Source of the DNA: Patescibacteria group bacterium
GTDB lineage: Bacteria > Patescibacteriota > WWE3 > UBA101185 > UBA10185
Reading direction: 5' to 3'
Length of the DNA: 41,698 nt
Assembly (NCBI GenBank): GCA_019428825.1
Contig: JAHYJU010000001.1
Span: forward strand, 1-41,698
In this document: positions 26,980 to 34,948 of the stretch, one piece after another
Layout of the letters: the number at the start of each line of letters is the position of its first letter
How positions within the stretch are numbered: position 1 is the first letter of the stretch
The notes under the pieces: model-generated
Seen by the model: only the letters and a program-made list of their open reading frames with translations
What the model was told of the DNA's origin: nothing
Database searches by the model: none
Made by a program: the position numbers and the translations under genes

Positions 26980-27620
26980 TAAATCGAGCCTTTCCCCATT
27001 AAAACTACATACGGAGTCTTGAGGACTATCCGTATATCATACAGCAAAGATACATTTTCTGCATATTTGGAATCTAACTTAACTCTATCCACAAAACCTA
27101 TATCGGACCTACCACTTACCTGCCATAATCCCGTAATACCGGGCTTAACCTCCATAACTTTATCTAAATATTTTCCTGCTTCGGGAAATCTTTTAACCTG
27201 ATCCTTTATCTCATCATAATAATAGGCCCTCGGGCCCACTAAACTCATCTCCCCCTTTAGGACATTAAAAAATTGGGGAAACTCATCTATACTGGATTTT
27301 CGCAAAAACTTACCTCCTTTAATAATCCTAGGATCATCTTCTGCGTTTAATTTATAGTTGTTTTTAATATATTTTGCGTAAAGTTCTTTGTCCTCTTTTA
27401 GCAGGTTATGAGCATTAGGATACATGGACCTAAATTTAAAGAATCTAAAAGGTTTTCTGTCTTTCCCTACTCTATCGGGAATATCGGCTAAGATGGGGCC
27501 TTCCGAAGATACAATTTTTATCCAAATTGAAACAACTACCATTACGGGAAAGAAAATCACTATACAAATTAGACAACCAATTATATCTAGCAGTCTTTTT
27601 AGGTATTTTTTATAAAACAT
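26979..27620 (-). CDS. Small monotopic polyprenyl-phosphate phosphoglycosyl transferase (bacterial sugar transferase, PglC/WbaP C-terminal type)
   Basis: 213 aa. N-terminal re-entrant helix, then FRFFKFRSM, SIDEFPQFFNVLKGEMSLVGPR and PGITGLWQVSGRS. Confidence 0.9.
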   Translation of the reverse strand: MFYKKYLKRLLDIIGCLICIVIFFPVMVVVSIWIKIVSSEGPILADIPDRVGKDRKPFRFFKFRSMYPNAHNLLKEDKELYAKYIKNNYKLNAEDDPRIIKGGKFLRKSSIDEFPQFFNVLKGEMSLVGPRAYYYDEIKDQVKRFPEAGKYLDKVMEVKPGITGLWQVSGRSDIGFVDRVKLDSKYAENVSLLYDIRIVLKTPYVVLMGKGSI

Positions 27621-27644
27621 AATTCGGGCTTTAGTTATCTTTCA

Positions 27645-28748
27645 TTATACTATAATTAACTCCCTAATCTTTTTTTCAAAAATATCAATATCAAATTCCT
27701 TGGCTCTTGATTTACAATCTTCCACAGAAAATTTCTTAAGGTCAAAATTTTTAATAACTTTTTCTAACGAGGAAGAATTTTGGATATCAAAAAATTCGCC
27801 TGTTTTTCCGGGTAAAACGGTCTCAACAACACCACCCTCTCCGAATGCAATAACGGGCTTCCCGCAAGCCATTGCCTCCAAAGGAACTATACCGAAATCT
27901 TCTTTTTGAGTAATTATCACTGCTTTGCATTTTCTTATAACCTCTTTTTTTTCATCCTCACTTACATAACCAAGAAAATCTGTTGAATATTTTGATATAT
28001 TTTTTAATCTCGTCATATCAGGACCTTCACCGATAATTTTTAACTTTTCCTGTATATTCTCGCAGGCGTTAATTGCAATATCAACTTTTTTCCATGCGGA
28101 AAGTCTGGTAATTACTAAAAAATAATCACCGTCCTCAGACTCAACATTCTTAAATTTATTCGTTTCTACAAATGGGTAAATTATCTCAGCATCCCTTCCG
28201 TAATATTTCTTAATTCTCTTTTGAGAAGTTCGGGAATTAGCAAAAAAACAATCCACTTTTTTTGAAGCATTAAAATCAACCATTCGAATATATGAAAGGG
28301 GTAGTTTTAAAAATTTTCTTGCTAATAATTTAAAAGGTCGTAAAAACCCATAACTTTCATTTTCAAAATAATCAAAAGGTTCCCAAAACATTCTTCCCGG
28401 TGAATTCATGTAGCAAATATGTTTAGTCCCCGGCTTTGTAATTACAAAATGAGAAAATCTTGAAGAATAAGATAAAACTAAATCATAATCAGCTAGGTCA
28501 AAACTTTCAAAAGCAAGAACGTGTAAAAGAAAAGGCGAATAATATCTATTTAACTTAACTGCCAAAGGAAATTTTTGCAAAAATGAAGTTATTACAGTTC
28601 TATTTTTATTTTTAAACTTATCTAACCACTCTTTAGAAGCTACGCTAGTATAAATAGGGGCATCAGGAAAAATATCGGAAAGAGCCTCTAAAACTTTCTC
28701 CGCACCTCCGTGTTGTATAAGGTCATCGTATACTATGGCTAATTTCAT
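27645..28748 (-). CDS. GT-B glycosyltransferase (GT4-like)
   Basis: 367 aa. C-terminal E-x7-E region EDFGIVPLEAMACGKPVIAFGEGGVVETV. Confidence 0.8.
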   Translation of the reverse strand: MKLAIVYDDLIQHGGAEKVLEALSDIFPDAPIYTSVASKEWLDKFKNKNRTVITSFLQKFPLAVKLNRYYSPFLLHVLAFESFDLADYDLVLSYSSRFSHFVITKPGTKHICYMNSPGRMFWEPFDYFENESYGFLRPFKLLARKFLKLPLSYIRMVDFNASKKVDCFFANSRTSQKRIKKYYGRDAEIIYPFVETNKFKNVESEDGDYFLVITRLSAWKKVDIAINACENIQEKLKIIGEGPDMTRLKNISKYSTDFLGYVSEDEKKEVIRKCKAVIITQKEDFGIVPLEAMACGKPVIAFGEGGVVETVLPGKTGEFFDIQNSSSLEKVIKNFDLKKFSVEDCKSRAKEFDIDIFEKKIRELIIV

Positions 28749-28755
28749 TATTTAC

Positions 28756-28771
28756 ATTATACCTATATAAT
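28756..28771. promoter_or_regulatory. Back-to-back TATAAT boxes in a 32-bp divergent intergenic region (leaderless-type)
   Basis: Minus-strand TATAAT (28761-28756) lies 7 nt before the ATG at 28748. Plus-strand TATAAT (28766-28771) lies 9 nt before the ATG at 28781. Neither gene has an SD. Confidence 0.4.
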
Positions 28772-28780
28772 GGCTATAAA

Positions 28781-29911
28781 ATGAAAATAGGATTAAACGG
28801 TCAAAGAATTTTAACACAAAATCCTGCAGGCCCCGAGCTTTATACAATTAATCTTTTCAAGTCATTGGCAAAAATTGATTCGGAAAATGATTACCTAGTT
28901 TATCTGGATAGAGAACCTGATAAAGATTTTTTTGAAGAATTGAGAGCAGGTAATACAAAATTTAATTATAAAGTTGTGAGTTGTGAAAGAATGTGGACAC
29001 AATACGGATTGGCAAGAGAGATAATAAAAAATCCTGTTGATGTTTTTTTTACAGCTGTTCACACAATACCCATGATAAAAAGTTCCAGAACAAAATTTGT
29101 GGCAATGATTCACGGTTTGGAATATAGGTATTCAAAAAATTATAAAAATCCTATAAACAGATTTAAAATTGAAAGACCGATTAAATATGCCGTTAAAAAT
29201 TCAGATAAAATTATTGCTCCCAGCCAAGCTACAAAAGATGAAATTTTAAAAAGAGACTGGGGTGTAAGTGAAGAAAATATTGATGTTGTTTATGAGGGGG
29301 TATCGGATTTTTTTTATAAAAGAGATGAAAATGAAATTGAAAAAGTTAGAGAAAAGTATGAAATTGGAAATGATTTTTATTTATTTTTTATTTCAACTAT
29401 TCAACCAAGAAAAAATCTTCCGAACCTTATAAGAGCTTTTAGTCAGTTTTTAAGGGAAAATCCTGAACATAAAAATACTAAGTTGTTGGTAGCAGGTAAA
29501 AAAGGTTGGGATTGTGAGGAATCTTTGGAAGCACCAATTAAGTACGGAATCGAGGAAAATGTAAAGTTTTTGGGAAGAGTTCCGACAGAAGATTTGCCGG
29601 GACTTTTTTCGGGATCAAGAGGGTATACAAATGTTTCTTTTGAAGAGGGGTTTGGGTTACCTTTGTTGGAGTCAATGGCCTGCGGAGTTCCGAGCGTGGT
29701 GTCAGACATTCCTGCACATCGGGAAGTGGGAGGAAACCTCCCAATTTATGCAGACCCGAATAATATTGAAAATATTAAAGACGGAATTTTTGAAATTATG
29801 AATAACACTTATAACCCGAATGATTTTATTGAGAGGTCAAAACTTTTTTCATGGGAGAAAACTGCACAATATACTTTAGATGTTCTTAAAAAAGCTATTG
29901 AAAAAATTTAG
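28781..29911 (+). CDS. GT-B glycosyltransferase (GT4-like)
   Basis: 376 aa. EEGFGLPLLESMACGVPSVVSDIPAHREVGG. Confidence 0.8.
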   Translation: MKIGLNGQRILTQNPAGPELYTINLFKSLAKIDSENDYLVYLDREPDKDFFEELRAGNTKFNYKVVSCERMWTQYGLAREIIKNPVDVFFTAVHTIPMIKSSRTKFVAMIHGLEYRYSKNYKNPINRFKIERPIKYAVKNSDKIIAPSQATKDEILKRDWGVSEENIDVVYEGVSDFFYKRDENEIEKVREKYEIGNDFYLFFISTIQPRKNLPNLIRAFSQFLRENPEHKNTKLLVAGKKGWDCEESLEAPIKYGIEENVKFLGRVPTEDLPGLFSGSRGYTNVSFEEGFGLPLLESMACGVPSVVSDIPAHREVGGNLPIYADPNNIENIKDGIFEIMNNTYNPNDFIERSKLFSWEKTAQYTLDVLKKAIEKI

Positions 29912-29945
29912 TTAAATCCTTTAAGTAAAACACTCAAATCCTGTT

Positions 29946-29974
29946 TTGACACATGACCTATTAGCTCTTATAAT
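29946..29974 (+). promoter_or_regulatory. Perfect sigma-70 consensus promoter TTGACA-17-TATAAT for the UbiA-family gene
   Basis: TTGACA at 29946-29951, an exact 17-nt spacer (catgacctattagctct), TATAAT at 29969-29974. GAAAGGG lies ahead of the ATG at 30008. Confidence 0.7.
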
Positions 29975-30007
29975 CGATAAAATCTTATCTTAATAGAAAG
30001 GGTAGAA

Positions 30008-30772
30008 ATGTACAAAAAAACTTTGGCTTGGATAAAAGCAGGGAGACCTCTATCAGTGGCTTTGGGAGTTATCCTAACTCTAGTTAGCGCTAAAATAGCC
30101 CAAATACATCTGACACCTTGGATTCCTATTTTTATTGCAGTGGCTGGAATAGCTATAATGTTCCAAAACGACTGGCGGGATCGCCACCATGATTATAGGA
30201 AAGGTAAAACTTTCGTCGTGGATAATGAGAAGAATTTCCTTTGGACAACTGTATCGTTGTGGGTTATTTCTATAGCACTAATCTGTATTATATGGATTAA
30301 AGACCCTCAATGGGGAATATTATCTCTATGTCTAACGCTCATAGGACTAGTGTATTCTGAAGCAAGGAAAATACCTCTTGCACCAGGTTTGCTTGTGAGC
30401 ATAGCAGCGGCGGGTTCAGTAGTTTTTTCTCTAATCAAAGCTCCGCAGGGGCCTTTAGTTGTTCTTTTCCTAGCGACATTATTTTTTATTTGGGGAAGAG
30501 AAACACTAAAAGATATCGATGACATGAGAATAGACTTTGGCTATAAGTGGACATTCCCTGTATTTTTGGGTGCTAAAAAAGCTAGAATGATAGTGGTTTT
30601 TATGGACATTACCGCGGTAATTCTTATGTTGGCCGTGTCTTCAAACACATTGATTGGGATTCCTTTCCTTATTGCTTCCATAGCAATGATGTTTATGACA
30701 AAGAGTCATAAATTGACGAAGCGCGTGGGAGATCTCGGAATCGCTATAGTGCTGTTTTCTCTGCTCCTGTAA
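30008..30772 (+). CDS. UbiA-superfamily polyprenyl-(phospho)transferase-like membrane protein
   Basis: 254 aa and polytopic. First Asp-rich motif NDxxDxxxD = QNDWRDRHHD, second Asp-rich motif KDIDDMRID. Confidence 0.7.
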   Translation: MYKKTLAWIKAGRPLSVALGVILTLVSAKIAQIHLTPWIPIFIAVAGIAIMFQNDWRDRHHDYRKGKTFVVDNEKNFLWTTVSLWVISIALICIIWIKDPQWGILSLCLTLIGLVYSEARKIPLAPGLLVSIAAAGSVVFSLIKAPQGPLVVLFLATLFFIWGRETLKDIDDMRIDFGYKWTFPVFLGAKKARMIVVFMDITAVILMLAVSSNTLIGIPFLIASIAMMFMTKSHKLTKRVGDLGIAIVLFSLLL

Positions 30773-30790
30773 TCCAAGCAAATAATTTCA

Positions 30791-30835
30791 AAGGTCCCTG
30801 TTTAAAGATAAATTCTTGCAGGGACTTTCTGTTCT
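30791..30835 (+). terminator. Hairpin terminator between convergent genes
   Basis: gtccctg (30794-30800) / cagggac (30819-30825), extendable to about 10 bp with one G-T pair, and an 18-nt loop. It is followed by tttctgttct. Confidence 0.5.
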
Positions 30836-30886
30836 CAGTCAATAGATATTAAAAGCAAGAAGCAATAGGGTAATGTAAATGCACTA

Positions 30887-31855
30887 TTACTGATTATTTC
30901 TTCCAACATGCTCTAATGCTAGATTGTATAAGGAAACTACAAACTCTTTATCAATTTTCTTTCCTGACGTTACATACTCCTCTAATAAATCTGAAGATAA
31001 GACTCCTCTAAAACTGTACGGGGACACTTTTATTTCCCCCTCTTTTGCCCCTCCCATAGACTCGTCCACAAGTTCCCTATTCTTATTATCAATAGGTTTA
31101 TTTAGTACTCTTCCTGCAAAATCTCTGTAACCACTCCTCAAATTAGCATAAGGACCTTTAGTTGTAGGTGAATCAGGATAATCTATATCCTGATGGTGCA
31201 TTGCAGAAAAAAGTATATCAAAGGAAGTTTCTTCATCTATTACAAATTTAATTGCAGTATCAGATAAATCTTCATCGAATGGTGCTAAATCATATAAATC
31301 TTCAACATAAATAGTTACTAACTCGCATGTAGGTTCAAGGTAACCTGAATAATCACCAAATAACTCGTGTTTTAGTGATACTATCTCAGGATCTTTTTCT
31401 ATTTCTTCTATAAATGAGTCAAAACCCTCGGGGTGGTTTGTACCATACTTTCCCTGGAAAAACCTGTTTTCTGCTTCGTGCAATAAAGCCTTGACATAAT
31501 AACTATCAAAATCTCTATCAGGCTCGGGAACCCAGTAAACAACATCTGCTATTTTCTCAAGATAGGGATTTATCTCACTAAAATTATAAATCGACTCCCC
31601 TTTGATGTTACCTTCATTTGGATTAAAAATTAATGCTACTTTCATATCACTCGGTCTATCCGCCCCATAAAGTATTGATGCTTTTTCAAAAAACCAGTTT
31701 ATTTTTGGCTGATTTTCTCCAATATAGTTTTCAAATCTACTTTCCCATTCCTTTACAACAGGCTCCCCAGCTTTAAAAATCTGAGAGTATTCGTTTTTTG
31801 TAACGTACAATGTCTCTAGATTATCGTGAAGGTTTATTTTTTCGATATTATCCAT
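30887..31855 (-). CDS. Hypothetical acidic 322-aa soluble protein (orphan), 44 nt downstream of a GT4 gene
   Basis: Intact ORF with no TM or signal segment and no recognised family. His/acid-rich patches are present (LLHEAENRF, NHPEGFDSF, AMHHQDIDYPD). Confidence 0.55.
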   Translation of the reverse strand: MDNIEKINLHDNLETLYVTKNEYSQIFKAGEPVVKEWESRFENYIGENQPKINWFFEKASILYGADRPSDMKVALIFNPNEGNIKGESIYNFSEINPYLEKIADVVYWVPEPDRDFDSYYVKALLHEAENRFFQGKYGTNHPEGFDSFIEEIEKDPEIVSLKHELFGDYSGYLEPTCELVTIYVEDLYDLAPFDEDLSDTAIKFVIDEETSFDILFSAMHHQDIDYPDSPTTKGPYANLRSGYRDFAGRVLNKPIDNKNRELVDESMGGAKEGEIKVSPYSFRGVLSSDLLEEYVTSGKKIDKEFVVSLYNLALEHVGRNNQ

Positions 31856-31899
31856 AATAAAATTCTAACACTACTTAGACAGAGAAAATAAATACAGTT

Positions 31900-33060
31900 C
31901 TACTTTTCTATCCCCAAAGCACTCTCAAAAACTTCTAAAGTCTTCTCTGCTGTATGAGTCCAATTATAAATCTTAGTTCTTTCATATCCTTTTTTAATGA
32001 TTACTTTTTTTAGATTAGAGTCGGTCAATATTTTATTTATTTTATTCACCATATCTTCAACATTGTACGGGTCAAAAAATAAGACCGAATCACCATAAAC
32101 TTCCTTATGACATGGGATATCTGAAATAACACATGGTAATCCATAATACTGAGCTTCAAGAGGTGTTAAACTAAAACCTTCTTTTAGAGCAGGAAAAACA
32201 TATGCTTCAGCTTCTTTTCTTAAAGCAACGGTTTCCTCATCAGTAATAAATGTATCCATCCCGGGCATAAGAACCCTATCCCCAAGTTCCATTTCCTGAG
32301 CTAGCTTTTCAACTCTCTCTGAGAACTTATCTCTTTTCCCAACTAAAACCAAAAACCCATCAAAAAGTTTTCTTTCAAGAAGAATTTTAAAGGCTTCTAG
32401 TAAACGAGGCACGTTCTTATGCTCATACATACTGCTTAAATACAAAAGATACGGTTTTTTAATATTATATTTTTTCAAAATCTGATGAGTATCTTCTACT
32501 TTTACATCAGCTAAGTCAGGGTCTATACCTTCAGTAGCTACAACAAACTTTTTATCCGAAATATTTGGGTAAACTGATTTAAAATCTTTAAAAACCTCAT
32601 TAGTAGGTACAATTACTCTGTATGACCTTATCACTGACCATTTGAAAACTAATTTATAGACAAATTTTTTAAACTTAAAATATGGTTTCCAAAGAGTGGT
32701 TCCCTTTTCCGTGCTAAAAGTGTGCATTATTAAATCAGGAATTGCCGTAACTATCTTTTTAGGATAAAGAACGGGAATATTAAAATGAGGAACGTAGTAA
32801 AGATCTAGGTTTAAACTTAAAACTTTAAAAAGAAAAGGTATCTGCTCTTGCCATGAATACCAAGGATAATCTGCAAGAACTTTCTCAAAGTTGGGATTTG
32901 AAGGAACATAATCTTCAAAATTATCTTTTTTTAAAAGCACGTAGTACTTATTTTTCTGATCTACTTTTTCAAGATGTTTGATTATGTTTTTGGTATAACG
33001 CCCGGGACCTGCTTTCCCATAGAATCTTGCATCAATTCCTATCTTTTTAGGTTTTTCCAT
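31900..33060 (-). CDS. GT-B glycosyltransferase (GT4-like)
   Basis: 386 aa. KEGFSLTPLEAQYYGLPCVISDIPCHKEVYG. Confidence 0.8.
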   Translation of the reverse strand: MEKPKKIGIDARFYGKAGPGRYTKNIIKHLEKVDQKNKYYVLLKKDNFEDYVPSNPNFEKVLADYPWYSWQEQIPFLFKVLSLNLDLYYVPHFNIPVLYPKKIVTAIPDLIMHTFSTEKGTTLWKPYFKFKKFVYKLVFKWSVIRSYRVIVPTNEVFKDFKSVYPNISDKKFVVATEGIDPDLADVKVEDTHQILKKYNIKKPYLLYLSSMYEHKNVPRLLEAFKILLERKLFDGFLVLVGKRDKFSERVEKLAQEMELGDRVLMPGMDTFITDEETVALRKEAEAYVFPALKEGFSLTPLEAQYYGLPCVISDIPCHKEVYGDSVLFFDPYNVEDMVNKINKILTDSNLKKVIIKKGYERTKIYNWTHTAEKTLEVFESALGIEK

Positions 33061-33066
33061 GTGCTT

Positions 33067-33075
33067 ATTTTATCA
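33067..33075 (-). promoter_or_regulatory. Extended -10 element TGaTAAAAT, with the ATG 6 nt downstream (leaderless-type)
   Basis: The minus strand reads TGATAAAAT (33075-33067), then aagcac and the ATG at 33060. No SD. Confidence 0.35.
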
Positions 33076-33092
33076 AAGTATTTGAACTAAAG

Positions 33093-33135
33093 ATAAAAAA
33101 AGAGTCGCACCTTTTTAGATATAAAGAGGTGCGAC
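33093..33135 (-). terminator. Rho-independent terminator after the 142-aa orphan
   Basis: Perfect 8-bp inverted repeat gtcgcacc (33104-33111) / ggtgcgac (33128-33135) with a 16-nt loop. On the minus strand it is followed by tcTTTTTTTat. Confidence 0.7.
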
Positions 33136-33152
33136 AAATAAAACGGATAAAG

Positions 33153-33581
33153 TCAACTTCCTAAGATAGTCAAAATCATCTTTTGGCCTGTCAACTTTTT
33201 GTATTGAGTTAAAATACTACCCAAAGGTTCGAGAAATTTTTGAATCAATGTTTCATTTTTCACATCTCTGAATACAATGACCCTGTTTCCCCGAATCTCC
33301 CCTAGATATATCTTCTTACGAGGATCAATATCCCCCATCTCAGGATCAAATCTATCAGTATAAATCTCCCAAAAATAACAAATAAAAAATCTCTCTTTGG
33401 GAAAATTTAGTAGGTGGGAACGTTTAACGCCTTCGCCTCTGACCATAATATTTGGATACTTTTCAAATGGGAAATTTTGGCAAAAATAACAATAAAATGT
33501 CATCTGCCCGTCGTTCTGATCTTCATTATCCTCATCTGGACAACCGCAGTGCAATACCTGATCCCTACTCAATTCATTCAT
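33153..33581 (-). CDS. Hypothetical 142-aa protein with an N-terminal Cys cluster (orphan)
   Basis: Intact ORF with AAGGAGAG 6 nt upstream of the ATG. N-terminal HCGCP ... FYCYFC suggests a small metal-binding knuckle. It has its own promoter and terminator. No family recognised. Confidence 0.55.
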   Translation of the reverse strand: MNELSRDQVLHCGCPDEDNEDQNDGQMTFYCYFCQNFPFEKYPNIMVRGEGVKRSHLLNFPKERFFICYFWEIYTDRFDPEMGDIDPRKKIYLGEIRGNRVIVFRDVKNETLIQKFLEPLGSILTQYKKLTGQKMILTILGS

Positions 33582-33619
33582 TTTAGTCTCTCCTTTTTTT
33601 TAATAGTGAAAAGAAGAAT

Positions 33620-33648
33620 ATTCTATCAAAAACCCTAGATTTTGGGAA
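33620..33648 (-). promoter_or_regulatory. Candidate promoter TTCCCA-17-(TGa)TAGAAT for the 142-aa orphan
   Basis: Minus strand: TTCCCA (33648-33643), a 17-nt spacer ending in TGA, TAGAAT (33625-33620). Confidence 0.45.
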
Positions 33649-33739
33649 ATCTTAACAAGTAACATTTTCTTATTTGTATAAAGCCAGAAAACACTGCGAT
33701 AACCCTCAAGACTAGCTTCAATCTGATAACATATACCTA

Positions 33740-34948
33740 ATGAAAAAATCACTTGGAAAAATCATTCTTGTCGGATCGGGAAATGTCATAAATGCGTTGT
33801 TGGGATTTGCGTTTCTTTCAGTAGTTGCAAAAACTCTAGATCTGGAATCTTTTGGTAAATACGCTCTCATTACTACCCTACTTGTAGCTATTTCAAAATT
33901 AATAGATTTTGGAACTAATTCAGTTTATGTTGCAGAATCAATATCAAAAGAAAACGAATCGTTAACAAATCTTTTTTATACTCTAAAAACAATACTTCTT
34001 GGCATATCCATACCAATATCTTTTATCATACTCACTCTTTTAAAACTAAACTATGGAAATTTAGTTCTCTACTTCATTCTGGGTCTATTTGCTTATACAA
34101 TTAACTACACTTTAAATGCGTTTTTTCAAAAAGATGAAAAATTTATACATCTAGTCTCCCTTAACACTATCCCGGCTATTATTAAAGGCATATTTGCCTA
34201 TTTAATCTTTTCAGGAAATATAAAAATGGATATGGAAAAAGCATTTATGGTTTTCTCGTTGTCAATTTTTTCAAGCGTATTGCTAGTATTTTTTCTTTCC
34301 CCGAAATATAAAAAATTTAAACTTGATTTTTCTCATGTGAAAAAATATCTAACTAAATCAACTCCTGCCGGAATATCTCAACTAATATATGAAGGCTGGC
34401 CGTCAATAGCAAATTCAATCGCTAAAATAGCCAAAGATTTTTCGAATGTTGGAATATTCTCTATCGCAGAAAAAATCTCGAATGTGCTTTTGCTGGGATC
34501 AATATCTATATTCACAGTTCTTCTGCCAAAAAACGCCTATGCAAAAAAACGCCACGAGAAATATAATTTTAAAGAAGTTTTTTATATCTCAATTTTAATA
34601 TTAATAGTAGCGTTTTTTGGCATATTCATATCCAGGTTCTTCATATCGGGCTTTTTTGGAGAAAAATTTAATGAATCACTACCGCTCTTAGGATTTTTAA
34701 TATTCGCCAGTGCTTTCACTTCCATACACACCTTCATGGAGCACTATTTCTTTATTGAGGAAAAGACAAACTACATTATGTACATAAATGCCGGGAAATT
34801 ATTTTTATTCCTAGTACTTTCTTACATATTAGTCCCAACTCTATCATTAAAAGGACTGTCTCTTTCAAGCCTTGTATCGTCCATATCGGCTTTAATGTTC
34901 ACTGTATTTTTTATTAGAAAAAATCAAAACCTATCAAAATCAGTCTAA
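33740..34948 (+). CDS. Wzx-like oligo/polysaccharide flippase (MOP superfamily)
   Basis: 402 aa and polytopic throughout. The N-terminus LVGSGNVINALLGFAFLSVVAKTLDLESFGKYALI is typical of polysaccharide biosynthesis/flippase proteins. Confidence 0.7.
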   Translation: MKKSLGKIILVGSGNVINALLGFAFLSVVAKTLDLESFGKYALITTLLVAISKLIDFGTNSVYVAESISKENESLTNLFYTLKTILLGISIPISFIILTLLKLNYGNLVLYFILGLFAYTINYTLNAFFQKDEKFIHLVSLNTIPAIIKGIFAYLIFSGNIKMDMEKAFMVFSLSIFSSVLLVFFLSPKYKKFKLDFSHVKKYLTKSTPAGISQLIYEGWPSIANSIAKIAKDFSNVGIFSIAEKISNVLLLGSISIFTVLLPKNAYAKKRHEKYNFKEVFYISILILIVAFFGIFISRFFISGFFGEKFNESLPLLGFLIFASAFTSIHTFMEHYFFIEEKTNYIMYINAGKLFLFLVLSYILVPTLSLKGLSLSSLVSSISALMFTVFFIRKNQNLSKSV

